NCBI GenBank assembly: GCA_002269645.1
Contig: NIVC01003324.1
Coordinates: 40,137 to 104,136, forward strand
Source: Macrostomum lignano
Taxonomy: Eukaryota
DNA length: 64,000 nt
Reading direction: 5' to 3'
The notes beneath the pieces were generated by a model. That model searched no databases. It had not been told where the DNA came from and saw nothing but the letters and a program-made list of their open reading frames with translations. Both the position numbers and the translations under genes were made by a program. This document shows, in pieces, positions 24,640 to 36,547 of this stretch. The first letter of the stretch is position 1. Each line of letters opens with the position of its first letter.

Positions 24640-25972
24640 AAGGCAGAAGTGAGGTGGGTGGGTGAAGGAGTGAGGTGGGTGTTGAAGGAGTGAGCTGGGT
24701 GTTGAAGGAGTGAGCTGGGTGTTGAAGGAGTGAGGTGGGTGTTGAAATAGTGAGGTGGTGTTGAAGGAGTGAGGTGAGTGTTAAAGAAGTGAGCTGGGTG
24801 TTGAAGGAGTGAGGTGGGTGTTGAAGGAGTGAGGTGGGTGTTAAAGGAGTGAGGTGGTGTTGAAGGAGTGAGGTAAGTGTTAAAGGAGTGAGGTGGGTGT
24901 TGAAGGAGTGAGGTGGGTGTTGAAGGAGTGAGGTGGGTGTTGAAGGAGTGAGGTGGGTGTTGAAGGAGTGAGGTGAGTGTTAAAGGAGTGAGGTGGGTGT
25001 TGAAGGAGTGAGGTGAGTGTTGAAGGAGTGAGGTGAGTGTTAAAGGAGTGAGGTGGGTGTTGAAGGAGTGAGGTGGGTGTTGAAGGAGTGAGGTGGGTGT
25101 TGAAGGAGTGAGGTGGGTGTTGAAGGAGTGAGGTGAGTGTTGAAGGAGTGAGGTGGGTGTTGAAGGAGTGAGGTGCGTGTTGAAGGAGTGAGGTGGGTGT
25201 TGAAGGAGTGAGGTGGGTGTTGAAATAGCGAGGTGGTGTTGAAGGAGTGAGGTGAGTGTTAAAGGAGTGAGGTGGGTGTTGAAGGAGTGAGGTGCGTGTT
25301 GAAGGAGTGAGGTGAGTGTTGAAGGAGTGAGGTGGGTGTTGAAATAGCGAGGTGGTGTTGAAGGAGTGAGGTGAGTGTTGAAGGAGTGAGGTGAGTGTTG
25401 AAGGAGTGAGGTGAGTGTTAAAGGAGTGAGGTGGGTGTTGAAGGAGTGAGGTGGGTGTTGAAGGAGTGAGGTGGGTGTTGAAGGAGTGAGGTGGGTGTTG
25501 AAGGAGTGAGGTGGGTGTTAAGGAGTGAGGTGGGTGTTGAAGGAGTGAGGTGGGTGTTGAAGGAGTGAGGTGGGTGTTGAAATAGCGAGGTGGTGTTGAA
25601 GGAGTGAGGTGAGTGTTAAAGGAGTGAGGTGGGTGTTGAAGGAGTGAGGTGCGTGTTGAAGGAGTGAGGTGAGTGTTGAAGGAGTGAGGTGGGTGTTGAA
25701 ATAGCGAGGTGGTGTTGAAGGAGTGAGGTGAGTGTTGAAGGAGTGAGGTGAGTGTTGAAGGAGTGAGGTGAGTGTTAAAGGAGTGAGGTGGGTGTTGAAG
25801 GAGTGAGGTGGGTGTTGAAGGAGTGAGGTGGGTGTTGAAGGAGTGAGGTGGGTGTTGAAGGAGTGAGGTGGGTGTTGAAGGAGTGCGGTGGGTGTTGAAG
25901 GAGTGAGGTGGGTGTTTAAGGAGTGAGGTGGGTGTTGAAGGAGTGAGGTGGGTGTTGAAGGAGCGAGGTGGG
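24640..25972. repeat. 20-bp satellite (GTGGGTGTTGAAGGAGTGAG), 1.3 kb
   Basis: Tandem units. Confidence 0.95.
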
Positions 25973-26199
25973 CAGCGTGGATTGTATTAATAGCGCAGGG
26001 ACTTCGAATTACCCTTTCTAAACAACAAGGACTCATATTTTTTATTTTATTTTATATTATTATTAATTATTAATTAGTTATTATTATCATACCGCGAGTT
26101 CACCTTCTTTGAGCTTCTTTTATGCGTATTTCTTTTTCAAGCGAAGCAATTTCGAAAATGAACAAGCATCAGTGAGACTAAAAAAGAAAAAGGTGCAAA

Positions 26200-26410
26200 T
26201 CTAGGGATATCTGGTCCCAGGTGACAGGTGTGCTACAGTAAGATCTAGTCCCAGGTGACACATGTGCTACAGTAGATCTAGTCCCAGGTGACACGTGTGC
26301 TACAGTAGATCTAGTCCCAGGTGACACGTGTTCTACAGTAGATCTAATCCCAGGTGACACGTGTTCTACAGTAGATCTAGTCTCAGGTGACAGGTGTGCT
26401 ACAGGTGTGC
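26200..26410. repeat. 33-bp minisatellite (AGATCTAGTCCCAGGTGACACGTGTGCTACAGT)
   Basis: About 6 units. Confidence 0.9.
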
Positions 26411-26974
26411 TAGTGTCAGCACAAGTACAGTACAACCCTCAACCAAATTCATAAATTTTGTCGCAGTTGCAAGCAGGGGTTGCCAGGGCTGGGTTGCCAA
26501 GCAATTAGGAGGGCTTTCCAATTCGAAAATGAAATATTTCGGCCTGAAAGCCTAGCAGAATGTAATTGCATGTGTCTCCTGAGACAAGGGAAACAGTTTA
26601 ACATTTTTTACATTAACTTGGGAGCGCAGTGCAAATAATCAATTAACTGTAGGTTTGCACAGTTTTCCTACTCCGCCCCAAATCCCCAGTAGAGTTCGCT
26701 TCCCCCTGCTCCTGTTCCCCAGTTCCCGTGTCCGCGGGGAGCGGCCGGTCAGGGTGAAGTGAGTAGAGTTAAGTGAAAATGAAGGGGAAGACGACAGTGG
26801 ACAGTGAACTCAGAGGGGGTAGCAGAGGGGACTGCTCAAGTTTCAACATGCAATTATTTGAGCACTGTCGACCAAGGCGAGCTATTAACTAGAGTCTGGA
26901 TTGACAACTCCTGGATTGAGAACTCGGATTTCAGGCCTCCGCGTAGGTTTTCCTCGGTTCCGTTTGTTTTCTTT

Positions 26975-27078
26975 TGTCTATGGCCAAAGCCGACAGAGCT
27001 TTTAGTCTATGGCCAAAACCGACAGAGCTTTTAGTCTATGGCCAAAACCGACAGAGCTTTTAGTCTATGGCCAAAATC
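26975..27078. repeat. 29-bp short tandem repeat (GTCTATGGCCAAAACCGACAGAGCTTTTA)
   Basis: About 3.5 units. Confidence 0.88.
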
Positions 27079-27660
27079 GACAGCTTTTTTGTGCTGCTGC
27101 GTTCGAGCAGCACGACCGACCTGCGTTCGACCAACAATACCATCGTTCGATAAGTATCACTGCAGTTTGCCATGTACTCGTACGTCATTTACACTTATAG
27201 CGTCTGTTTAAAATGTACATAGGGGATAGGAGGGGGGCAAACTAATTCTAGAATGCCCACGTGGTGTCCGCGTGACTTCCATAACTCATGCTAATACGAG
27301 CGTAGATGAAAGTCTGCGCAAACCTCGGAACAAAACGGCTAACTACTGCAAATAATCCAGATTTTAGTTTCAAAGTCTCCTTGACCCAAGCGGGTTAGGG
27401 GGAGCGGGGAGGCTACACACCACTCCAACTCCCACCCTATGTAGTCAAATGAATGAATAGGAAAAATTTATTGCCTAACAGACGTTGGCGGTCCCTAGAG
27501 GAGAAGCAGGAGAAGCGCAACACGCACAGAAAGGATCCGCAGAGCTGAAGGGGGCGAGAGGCCAAATTGACAGACCGAATCCCAGGCGGATTAGCGGGAC
27601 CGGGTTATATAGCGGCGTCCCCCCCCCCCACAAAAAACTTTCATCCCAACCGGAGTCGAA

Positions 27661-29115
27661 ATGGCGACCATCGAAGATGAAGAGGTGAACGCCGAGCTGG
27701 AGAGCCACCGGCTGCTGCTGACCACGGCTCCGTCGCATTTTCGCAATCCGGAGGCCACGGCAGCTGAGTCGCCAATGCGAGGATCGCCCGTAGTTAATGT
27801 GCCAGGCGACAGCGGATCGGGCAAGGAGCTGCCGTCGGTGGACATTGCGGATGCCACTGATACTCGGCGGAAGCGTTGCGGCTGCTTTGGTGAGCGACTT
27901 GTGACTCAATGGTGACTGCTGATTGTTGGACACGAGCTACTAGGGACACCTATGTTGGGTGCCTTGGTTTGTGCCACCGTTTCTTGGTGGGCGCCCTTGT
28001 CTCTTGGTGAGCGCCCCTGTCTCTTGGTGAGCGCCCCTGTCTCTTGGTGAGCGCCCCTGTCTCTTGGTGAGCGCCCCTGTCTCTTGGTGAGCGCCCCTGT
28101 CTCTTGGTGAGCGCCCCTGTCTCTTGGTGAGCGCCCCTGTCTCTTGGTGAGCGCTCCTGTCTCTTGGTGAGCACTGCTGTCTCTTGGTGGGCACCCCTAT
28201 CTCTTGGTGGGCCCCCTGACTCTGAGTGAGTATGAAGATGGGTTAAAGTTGAGCTCCTGTCAATCATTCATCAAACTTGTTGTAGGCGCATTTCTCGGAG
28301 GTGCAGTGTTTTTTTAGTAAATGCACGCTACTGATTAGCGACAGGTGACACAGTCCACCATCTCAAGCGCCCCCCATCAACCCAACCACGCAGATGGTCT
28401 CCCCTGCTACAAGCGACGACAGCCGCCGCCAGCTGCTGAGCAAGCCGCCGCCGCAGCAGCCGAAGCCGCCGCCGCCGCCGCCGCAACCGCGGCCGCCTGC
28501 ATCGCCCGCCCGCGCTGCCACCGGCCGTCCGGTCTGTCCGAGCTAGCCGGCCGGACCCGGTTCAGCCGGCAGGAGCTGCGCCGGCTCTACCGCGGCTTCA
28601 AAAACGACTGCCCGGCCGGCCTGGTGAAGCGAGACGCTTTCTGCGAAATCTTCTGCCAGTTCTTCCCGCTGGGTGACGCCACCGCGTACGCGGACCTGGT
28701 GTTCAACAGCCTGCTGCCGCCCGGTGAGGAGGCCGCCGTGACCTTCGACGCTGCAGTGATTGCCTTGTCGGCGATGTGCCGCGGTGACGTCCAGGATCGT
28801 GTCGGCTGGGCGTTTCGAATTTGCGATGCGGACAAAGACGGCCGGCTGACCCGGCGGGAGGTGACAGCCCTGGTGTCGGCGGTGTACGACCTGTTGGGGC
28901 CCAGTGTGCTGCCGCGGGTTGCCCCGGCAGACATTCAACGACACGCCGACTCGGTGTTTCAGCGAATGCTGCTGTCGGTCGGACGCGAAAACGACATCGA
29001 GGCTATTGAATCGTTCGGCGACGAAGCGTCGGTCTCGTTGGCGGAATTCTCAGTGGCATGCCGACAGGGCCGGGACATAGATAGGGAGTTCGCCTGCTTT
29101 GAAACCATTATTTAG
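27661..29115 (+). CDS. KChIP-like neuronal calcium sensor (EF-hand) protein; exons 27661-27889, 28394-29115 (316 aa)
   Basis: TRFSRQELRRLYRGFKNDCPAG...F.EIF.QFFP.GDAT.YA..VFN is the KChIP/NCS signature. Canonical EF3 DADKDGRLTRRE. The splice G|AT keeps frame. Confidence 0.85.
27990..28215. repeat. 20-bp minisatellite (CTCTTGGTGAGCGCCCCTGT) in KChIP intron
   Basis: About 11 units. Confidence 0.93.
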
Positions 29116-29149
29116 TTGAGCCGTATAAGCCATTGCAGAGTAGGCAAGC

Positions 29150-29305
29150 GAAGTGGGGTGGGTGCAGGCGGAGTGGGGTGGGTGCAGGCGGAGTTTGGTG
29201 GGTGCAGGTGGAGTGGGGTGGGTGTAGGCGGAGTGGGGTGGGTGCTGGCGGAGTGGGGTGGGTGCAGGCGGAGTGGGGTGGGTGTAGGCGAAGTGAGGTG
29301 GGGTA
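29150..29305. repeat. 20-bp G-rich minisatellite (GGCGGAGTGGGGTGGGTGCA)
   Basis: About 7 units just 3' of the KChIP stop codon. Confidence 0.88.
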
Positions 29306-29689
29306 CAGGTAAAAAGCGACCTCTTGAAAATGTGTACAGGCACACTCCTAGAAAAATGATGCAAAATGAAATGATGCACCACAATAAATTTTTCTTTTCT
29401 TCCACCGATAGCGACGACGCAAAAACTTTGATTGCTACTTGATATTTTAATCTTGTAACATCTTTTTCTAACATGTTTTACAGCGAAAAAAACTTGCATA
29501 AACGCAGGCAGTACAAAATTACCGAAAAGTATGATTGATTTATGAACAGTGCAGTGTCCATTAGTATTTCTATTTGTTCATTTAAACTATACTTAAGTAG
29601 TAGCAGTGGCGCTCACAGAACGATGAATTAGAATTAGAAAATGCAACTAGCTAGCAAACGAACAAATAGACAAACAAGCAAACAAACAA

Positions 29690-30570
29690 ACCGGGCACCA
29701 TCCTATCATCCGGACTTCAGGAGCTCTGGACGAAGAAAGGGTAACATTCCAAAAATTCCTGCTGGTTTTGACGGCTTTCAGGACCCTCAAAACCCCAGAG
29801 CAGCCATTTTCGTGTCTATTCATCTCAAAGCTTGGCACAGACCGGACCTCTGACGAAGAGCTCTGTGTCATTCAATCCTGTCAAATCATCACCAACCGCA
29901 CGTTCATCATCGCCTCATTTTATATACCTTGCGATTGCCCCGCTGTTCCGCCCAAACTCATATATCCCTCCTTTGAGCTGCTAATGGCGGGCGAAATTAT
30001 CACGTACCACACCCAATGGGACAGCAATACCTCCAAAAGCAGAGGCGAGGAACATCTGCATCACCAATACTGAGTTTTGCAACATTGGTGGAACTCCCAC
30101 CTTCGACAACGGGCGACGGACGGAGGCCCTTGACGTAACCCTTCCACGATCTGCCTCCTCTGGTCAAGGACTGGGAGGTGTGGGACGAAGAGGAGTCTCT
30201 GTCTGACCATCGCTTCGGTCGTTTTCGATTGCAATCCTCTTGCCCCAAGCCTAACATCCTGGGGAAAAGGAACGTCCGGAACACTGACTGGATGGCTTTT
30301 GCGTATATCCTGAAACGCCAGACAGATCAGATGACCACCGCCGCTCCAACCACCTGTCAGGAAGTGGATCACCTTGCAGACTTGCTCAGCAAGACGGTCC
30401 TGACAGCCCACGAGGCCTCCTGTCCTCTGAAAGCCTACAAAGGCAAAAAATCCGCCCCCTGGTGGCACCCGGCGCTTGGATCCCTCCGGCGCAAGGCAAA
30501 GTGCCTCCAGCGGAAAGCTCGCAAGAGCAATTGGACCCGGCTGATCTGGCCGCCTATCAAGACGCGATCC
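29690..30570 (+). mobile_element. Decayed non-LTR retrotransposon fragment (APE endonuclease plus linker, LOA/R1-like), no RT
   Basis: Frameshifted motifs PRAAIF, IASFYIP.D, HTQWDS...RG, NIGGTPTF...EALDVTL, WEVWDEEESLSDH, RNTDW, CP...SAPWW...L..LRRKA. Confidence 0.7.
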
Positions 30571-30646
30571 GGATGGGTGAGTAGAGTAATCTGTTTACAT
30601 CGGATCACTATAAACCGGTGCATCAGTATGAACTGCCAACTTAGTT
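30571..30646 (+). pseudogene. Remnant of a second FReD gene copy (exon end plus intron start)
   Basis: GGATGG|GTGAGTAGAGTAATCTGTTTACATC...AACTGCCAACTTAG is nearly identical to 41092-41166. Confidence 0.65.
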
Positions 30647-30656
30647 AAAAGTCGCG

Positions 30657-31362
30657 TTTTAATCCCAAGGTGAGGCAGTAACCTAGATTAACTGAGATTA
30701 ATCCCAAGGTGAGGCAGTAACCTAGATTAACTGAGATTAATCCCAAGGTGAGGCAGTAACCTAGATTAACTGAGATTAATCCCAAGGTGAGGCAGTAACC
30801 TAGATTAACTGAGATTAATCCCAAGGTGATGCAGTAACCTAGATTAACTGAGATTAATCCCAAGGTGAGGCAGTAACCTAGATTAACTGAGATTAATCCC
30901 AAGGTGAGGCAGTAACCTAGATTAACTGAGATTAATCCCAAGGTGAGGCAGTAACCTAGATTAACTGAGATTAATCCCAAGGTGAGGCAGTAACCTAGAT
31001 TAACTGAGATTAATCCCAAGGTGAGGCAGTAACCTAGATTAACTGAGATTAATCCCAAGGTGAGGCAGTAACCTAGATTAACTGAGATTAATCCCAAGGT
31101 GAGGCAGTAACCTAGATTAACTGAGATTAATCCCAAGGTGAGGCAGTAACCTAGATTAACTGAGATTAATCCCAAGGTGAGGCAGTAACCTAGATTAACT
31201 GAGATTAATCCCAAGGTGAGGCAGTAACCTAGATTAACTGAGATTAATCCCAAGGTGAGGCAGTAACCTAGATTAACTGAGATTAATCCCAAGGTGAGGC
31301 AGTAACCTAGATTAACTGAGATTAATCCCAAGGTGAGGCAGTAACCTAGATTAACTGAGATT
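30657..31362. repeat. 39-bp near-perfect minisatellite (TTAATCCCAAGGTGAGGCAGTAACCTAGATTAACTGAGA), about 18 copies
   Basis: Homogeneous tandem units; one substitution seen near 30829. Confidence 0.96.
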
Positions 31363-32189
31363 ACTTTTGTGTCAATACTGCTGATTTTATTGAATTTCGC
31401 AGCGGGCAGGTGGGGTGGCGGTCTTTAAAAATACACGGGAACGTGTAACGTGTACTCGTAAGCACATGCGGATGCTTTTTGTTTAAAATATAGCCTGACG
31501 ATTTAGATAAGGACTCTGATCATTTTCTACAGCCCCATTTAGCACTGATTTCGTTTAAACCTATTGGAGTTTTGTTGAAAAAATGCAAAAATGGCCTGCA
31601 ATTTATACCAACCAAAGACTACGAAAGAAGATAATACAATAGCGTAATTTTCTAATGGTCCTTGAAGCCGACTTGTTGGTATGACGTATTAATGTTGCGC
31701 TTATGTTGCTTTGTGTTTGTAGACTTTAGTTATTAAATTGTCGCCTTTTGTGTGTTTATTTCATTATTTGTATTTCATGCATATCGTATTTCTTCTCGTA
31801 AAGCAGTTCCTATCTTTGTTCTGTGTGCATGTATTGGCTCTACAGTACTCTAGTGCGATATTTTGATTTGTGCATTAAGCACCTGAGGGTTTGTCTGGTT
31901 TTCGAATTAGGCTTGCTATCAATTGTTATCTTGTTTACCTTATGAATATACGCTTGCAGTCAGCGGCCGCTTTCTCTCTTTTCTTTTTCTTCTCTTCTCT
32001 TCTCTGTGCTCTAGCTCGTGGGCCCCTCTAGCATGAAAGACTCCGAGCAGAGCCATTTCCTTCAGGGCCAGGTACCTGAGGAGTTCCTTTTGTCGCTTAA
32101 GCAGTGAAAATGCTGAGCACTTTATCTGCCATTGCCGGTTTTCACCAGCTTAATCACGTCAGGCCAAACCCGGTTCTCTTCGACGTTTT

Positions 32190-35100
32190 TGTTGTGTCCT
32201 GATTTAATATTAAGGTACTTTTGTTTCTGAGACAATATATAAACTATAAACTTATGTCTATGAACCGAACCTTGTTGCAATAATTCGCAATAAAGACAGG
32301 GACTCGGTCCCGGCGTTAGACCGCTCAAGACGCGGCTGAGCTGAGCTACGCTCGCTAATAAAACGATTGTTTATCGACGAGATATAACAACTGGCGACGA
32401 GGATGGCCCTCAACAACGTGAACCCGCCAGCACCGTTTCTGCCAGCAAGCGGATCGCCGGCAGGTCCCTGGAATCGATGGCTCGATGCCTTCGATAGATA
32501 TTGCCAAGCCATGCAAATCTGGAGTCCAAGGCCGAAAGGAGAAGAAGCTCCGAGTCAGGAGGCTATGCGCCTGCAAACGATGTGCCGAAACATGCTGCTT
32601 CACCTGCTCGGTTTCGAAGGGCAGCGGATAGCTAGGGCTAGAAATGCAATTGCCGATGAGCAGACCTTTTGGCAAACTCGTGATCTGCTGACGACTGTAT
32701 TCGGCGACCGGCCGAATGTGATGCTGGCACGCCACAGATTCCGGGAAAGACATCAGCTACCTGGAGAGGACGCAGCCACTTGTGTCGCAGCACTGCGAGA
32801 GCTGTCAGCCACCTGCAACTACGGTGTCCTGGTGGACGAAATGATTCGTGACCAGCTGGCCCAAAGGACGAGCAGCACCCGGATACGCGAGCGTCTTCTG
32901 ACGGAGGACGCGGCTACGCTGACTCTGGACCGTGCCATCACGATTGCGACGACTATCGAGGACGCAGCAGCAGGAAGCAAGGCGATGGCAGCGACAAGCT
33001 GGTTAGGAACAGTCCAGGCCGTTCAAGATGCGAAGCCTCGAGACCAGCGCGGCGTTTCGGCCAGCAAGAGACCCCAGCGCCAAGCTGGAGGGTCTGTCTG
33101 CGATGCGGCCGCAGCCATGACGCGAAAGCGAAATGTCCCGCCCATGGCAAGAAGTGCAACAACTGCGGCAAGCTCAATCACTTCAGTCGATGCTGCCGCA
33201 GCAAGGCTCTGCAGGTCAGCACAGAGGACACGGTTACGATTTACTCGGTGCACGGCAATGGCGAGATCAGAGTCGCGTTACAACTGGGTGGCAGTCGGAA
33301 GATGGTCAGCCTGATGGTCGACTGCGGGGCCAAGGTGTCCCTGCTCAGCGAAGCCACAGCAAGGACTCTAGACAACTTGGAGCTAAGACCAATGTAGCTA
33401 AAAGCTTACGGCGAAAAGCAGATCTCACTGGCTGGGATTGCAAAGGTTGCCGTCAAGCACGAGAGTCGGGAGCTGCACCACGATTTCTATATCTCGAGGT
33501 CGGGCGAAAACATCATTGGCCGTGACCTAATGGAAAAGCTGGGATTCCGGGTACAACTGCAGCCTCCTGAGGTTGAGAATAGTATCGCCAGTGTAGACAT
33601 AGCGGAGGAGTTCCCAGTGGTTTTCAGTGGCTTAATCGGACTCTGCAAAGAGGCGGTGCACAAGCCGAGAGTAAATGCAGCTGTGCTACCAGTGCAGCAG
33701 CTGCTGCACCGCCTTCCACTCGCAAAGCAACAGAAAGTAGGCAATGAACTTGACCGCATGGAGGCAGCGGGCATCATTGAACGAATAAACTCCAGCCCAT
33801 GGATATCCAACCTGGTTGTCGCAAACAAGAAAGACGGCAACATTCGAATCTGCATCGACGTGCGAGAGCCGAATAAGTCGCTTGTAATCGATCGACATCC
33901 GATACCTCAGCTGGACGATATTTCGGCAAAGATCAAAGCAGCGAGTGGCCGCATATTTTCAAATATCGATCTCAAAGCTGGCTACATGCAGATGCAGTTG
34001 CATGAGGCATCGCGTGACTACAGCATTCATCACGCACCAGGGGTTGTATCGGTATTGCAGAGTGCCGTTCGGCTTAGCGTCAGCGCCAGTAGCCTTCCAA
34101 AGGATGTCGGACGACTTAGTAGCCGGACTTCACGGGGTCGAACATATTCTGGACGATTTCATTGTTTTCGGAGCAAACATGACTGAACATGATTCAAGAC
34201 TGCGAGCGCTGTTAGGGCGTATGAACGACGCTGGCCTAACGGCCAATAAGGACAAATGCCTGCTGCGCAAGATCGAGGTAGAATTTTTCGGCTTCATCTT
34301 CTCAGCTGACGGTATGCGACCTTCAGAGTCTCAGACCAAGGCATTCAGCCAGTTGCGCTCACCGTCGAACCGGAGCTGCAGGCGTTCCTAAGATCTGCAA
34401 ACTACCTGATGCGCTTTGTGCCCAATTTTGCTGAAGTCACAGGGCCTCTGATGGCCCTACTGAAGGGGGATGCGGAGTTCGAGTGGTCGACGGACTGCGA
34501 AAGAGCGTTCCAAGAGCTAAAAACAGCAATCTGTAATCCACCGATCCTGGCGCACTTTGACCCAGAGGCCGAGACGATTGTCACCAGCGACGCCAGTGCG
34601 AAGTCTCTAGGTGCACAGCTATCCCAGGTCCAAGACGGCGTCGAGCGTCCAATCGCCTTTGCCGATCGAGCCTTGACCGACACCGAGAAGCGATACGCTG
34701 CAAATGAGAAGTGGCACTACTACCTATATGTGCGTCACTTTGAGCTGCGAACAGACCATCAAGCGCTACGTCAACTACTGTTTGGACCTAGCGGCACGGG
34801 ACATCGGCCGCTGCGCATCCACCGCTGGTGCGACAGGTTTCAAGAGTACGATTTCAACGTAAAATATCTGCCAGGCAATCGGAACTTCGTGGCAGACATG
34901 TTGTCAAGGTGGAGCTGTGGGTCGGACATAAATATCGTACAGCTACCGGACACTGCAATGCTCGAGTCCGAGTAGTAACACCTACCCAGCTAGCGACAGC
35001 CACGGCCGAGGACACGGTTCTGCGCGAGGTGATTCAGCGAGTAACTAGCGGCGACTGGGGCTCAACGAAGGACACAAAGTTGCACCCGTTCTTCAAAGTA

Positions 35101-36547
35101 AGAGAGCACCTCAGCGTTTGGCAGGATAGCGCCTGCCTGGCTTTCCAAGAGCGAGAAGTCATTCCACATCAGCTGCGGCGTAACCTACTGGAATCGGCGC
35201 ACACCGGACATCCGGGTGTGGTTCGCACTAAGCAGCAGCTCCGCGAGTTTGCCTGGTGGCCAAAAATGGACTGCGACGTCGAAACGTTTGTCAGAGACTG
35301 CAGTGCCTGCGAGACCGCAGAAAAGAATTTCATATTGCGACCGGCTCCTCTACAGCCTCTGCGGTGGCCAGATAGGCCGTGGACACAGATCGCCATCGAC
35401 ATCGTGGGTGAGCTACAGGCAGCACCAGCATCGTCACGATTCCTTCTGGTCATTACGAATCTGCATAGTAAAAAAATGGCCGGAAGTATTTGCAACGTCA
35501 AACATCACCACCGAGACGATCTGCAAAGTGTTACGCAGCCTGTTTGCACGCTGGGGCCTCTTCGAGACGTTGCTCATAGACAACGGACCGCAGTTCGGCA
35601 ATGCGCTCACGGGATTCCTGCGGGAGCGCGGCATCCAGCATTAGAAGACCAGCCCGTACCGTCCGAGCACGAACGGCCAGACGGAGAGGCTCAACCGGAC
35701 TCTGGTAGACAGCATACGAGCGGCCAGGGCAGAGAATGTCCCAATGCAAGACGCGTTGCTGCAATTCCTTGATACCTACCGCAGTACGCTGCACGCGCTT
35801 ACTGGCAAGAGTCCAGCGGAGCTGATGCTAAGAAGACGTTAGCGCAATGCACCGTCTTTACTGGCTCCGTCTAACGACACCACGGCGGCACAACCAGATA
35901 TCGCCCAGCGAATTTGGGAGAGACAGCAGCGAACGGCAGCTTATACCGACCGGCGGCGGGGGGCGCGACCACCAACATTGTGCGCCGGTGACTGGGTTCG
36001 AGTGCGTCGTCCAGTGCGAAATGGGAAGCTGGGGACGCGGCTCTCTGGACCACTACAGATCGTCAAGACAACGAACGCCGTGTGTAGACTAACGGACGGC
36101 AGCACCTGGAATCGGCAGGCGCTTGTACCAACGTCTTTGCGGCCGAATTCTGAGCCACCAGGGCCAAACGAGCTTGACCCCCTCGTGGACATTCAAAGGC
36201 AACAACCTGCACAATGCGGCGGAGAGACCAACGTTCAAATACCAGGACCAGCCTCGGGATCCGCGACTCCACCGCTGCGACGTCCGAACCGTCAGCGGCG
36301 ACCGGTGCAACGTTACGGCTGGTGAACCTTTCGGAGAGGGGGAAGATGTTGTGTCCTGATTTAATATGTAAGTACTTTTGTTTCTGAGACAATATATAAA
36401 CTATAAACTTATGTCTATGAACCGAACCTTGTTGCAATAATTCGCAATAAAGACAGGGACTCGGTCCCGGCGTTAGACAGCTCAAGACGCGGCTGAGCTG
36501 AGCTACGCTCGCTAATAAAAACGATTGTTTATCGATGAGATATAACA
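32190..36547 (+). mobile_element. Full-length, defective Ty3/Gypsy LTR retrotransposon (Mag-like): gag-PR-RT-RH-IN
   Basis: LTRs 32190-32389 and 36347-36547 (TG...CA, about 97% identical), TSD GTTTT (32185-89 / 36548-52), PBS TGGCGACGAGGATGG 32392-32406, PPT 36333-36346. Double CCHC knuckle, protease VDCGA, RT ILDD, RNase H DAS, integrase H-H-C-C. Multiple frameshifts. Confidence 0.95.

Noticed and set aside
27216-27443. 9-bp inverted repeat TACATAGGG...CCCTATGTA as a MITE
   Set aside because: The match is too short, with no TSD or second copy in the window.
30657-31362. 39-bp repeat as a CRISPR array or a 228-aa repeat protein
   Set aside because: Units are contiguous with no unique spacers, no cas genes are present, and the context is eukaryotic.
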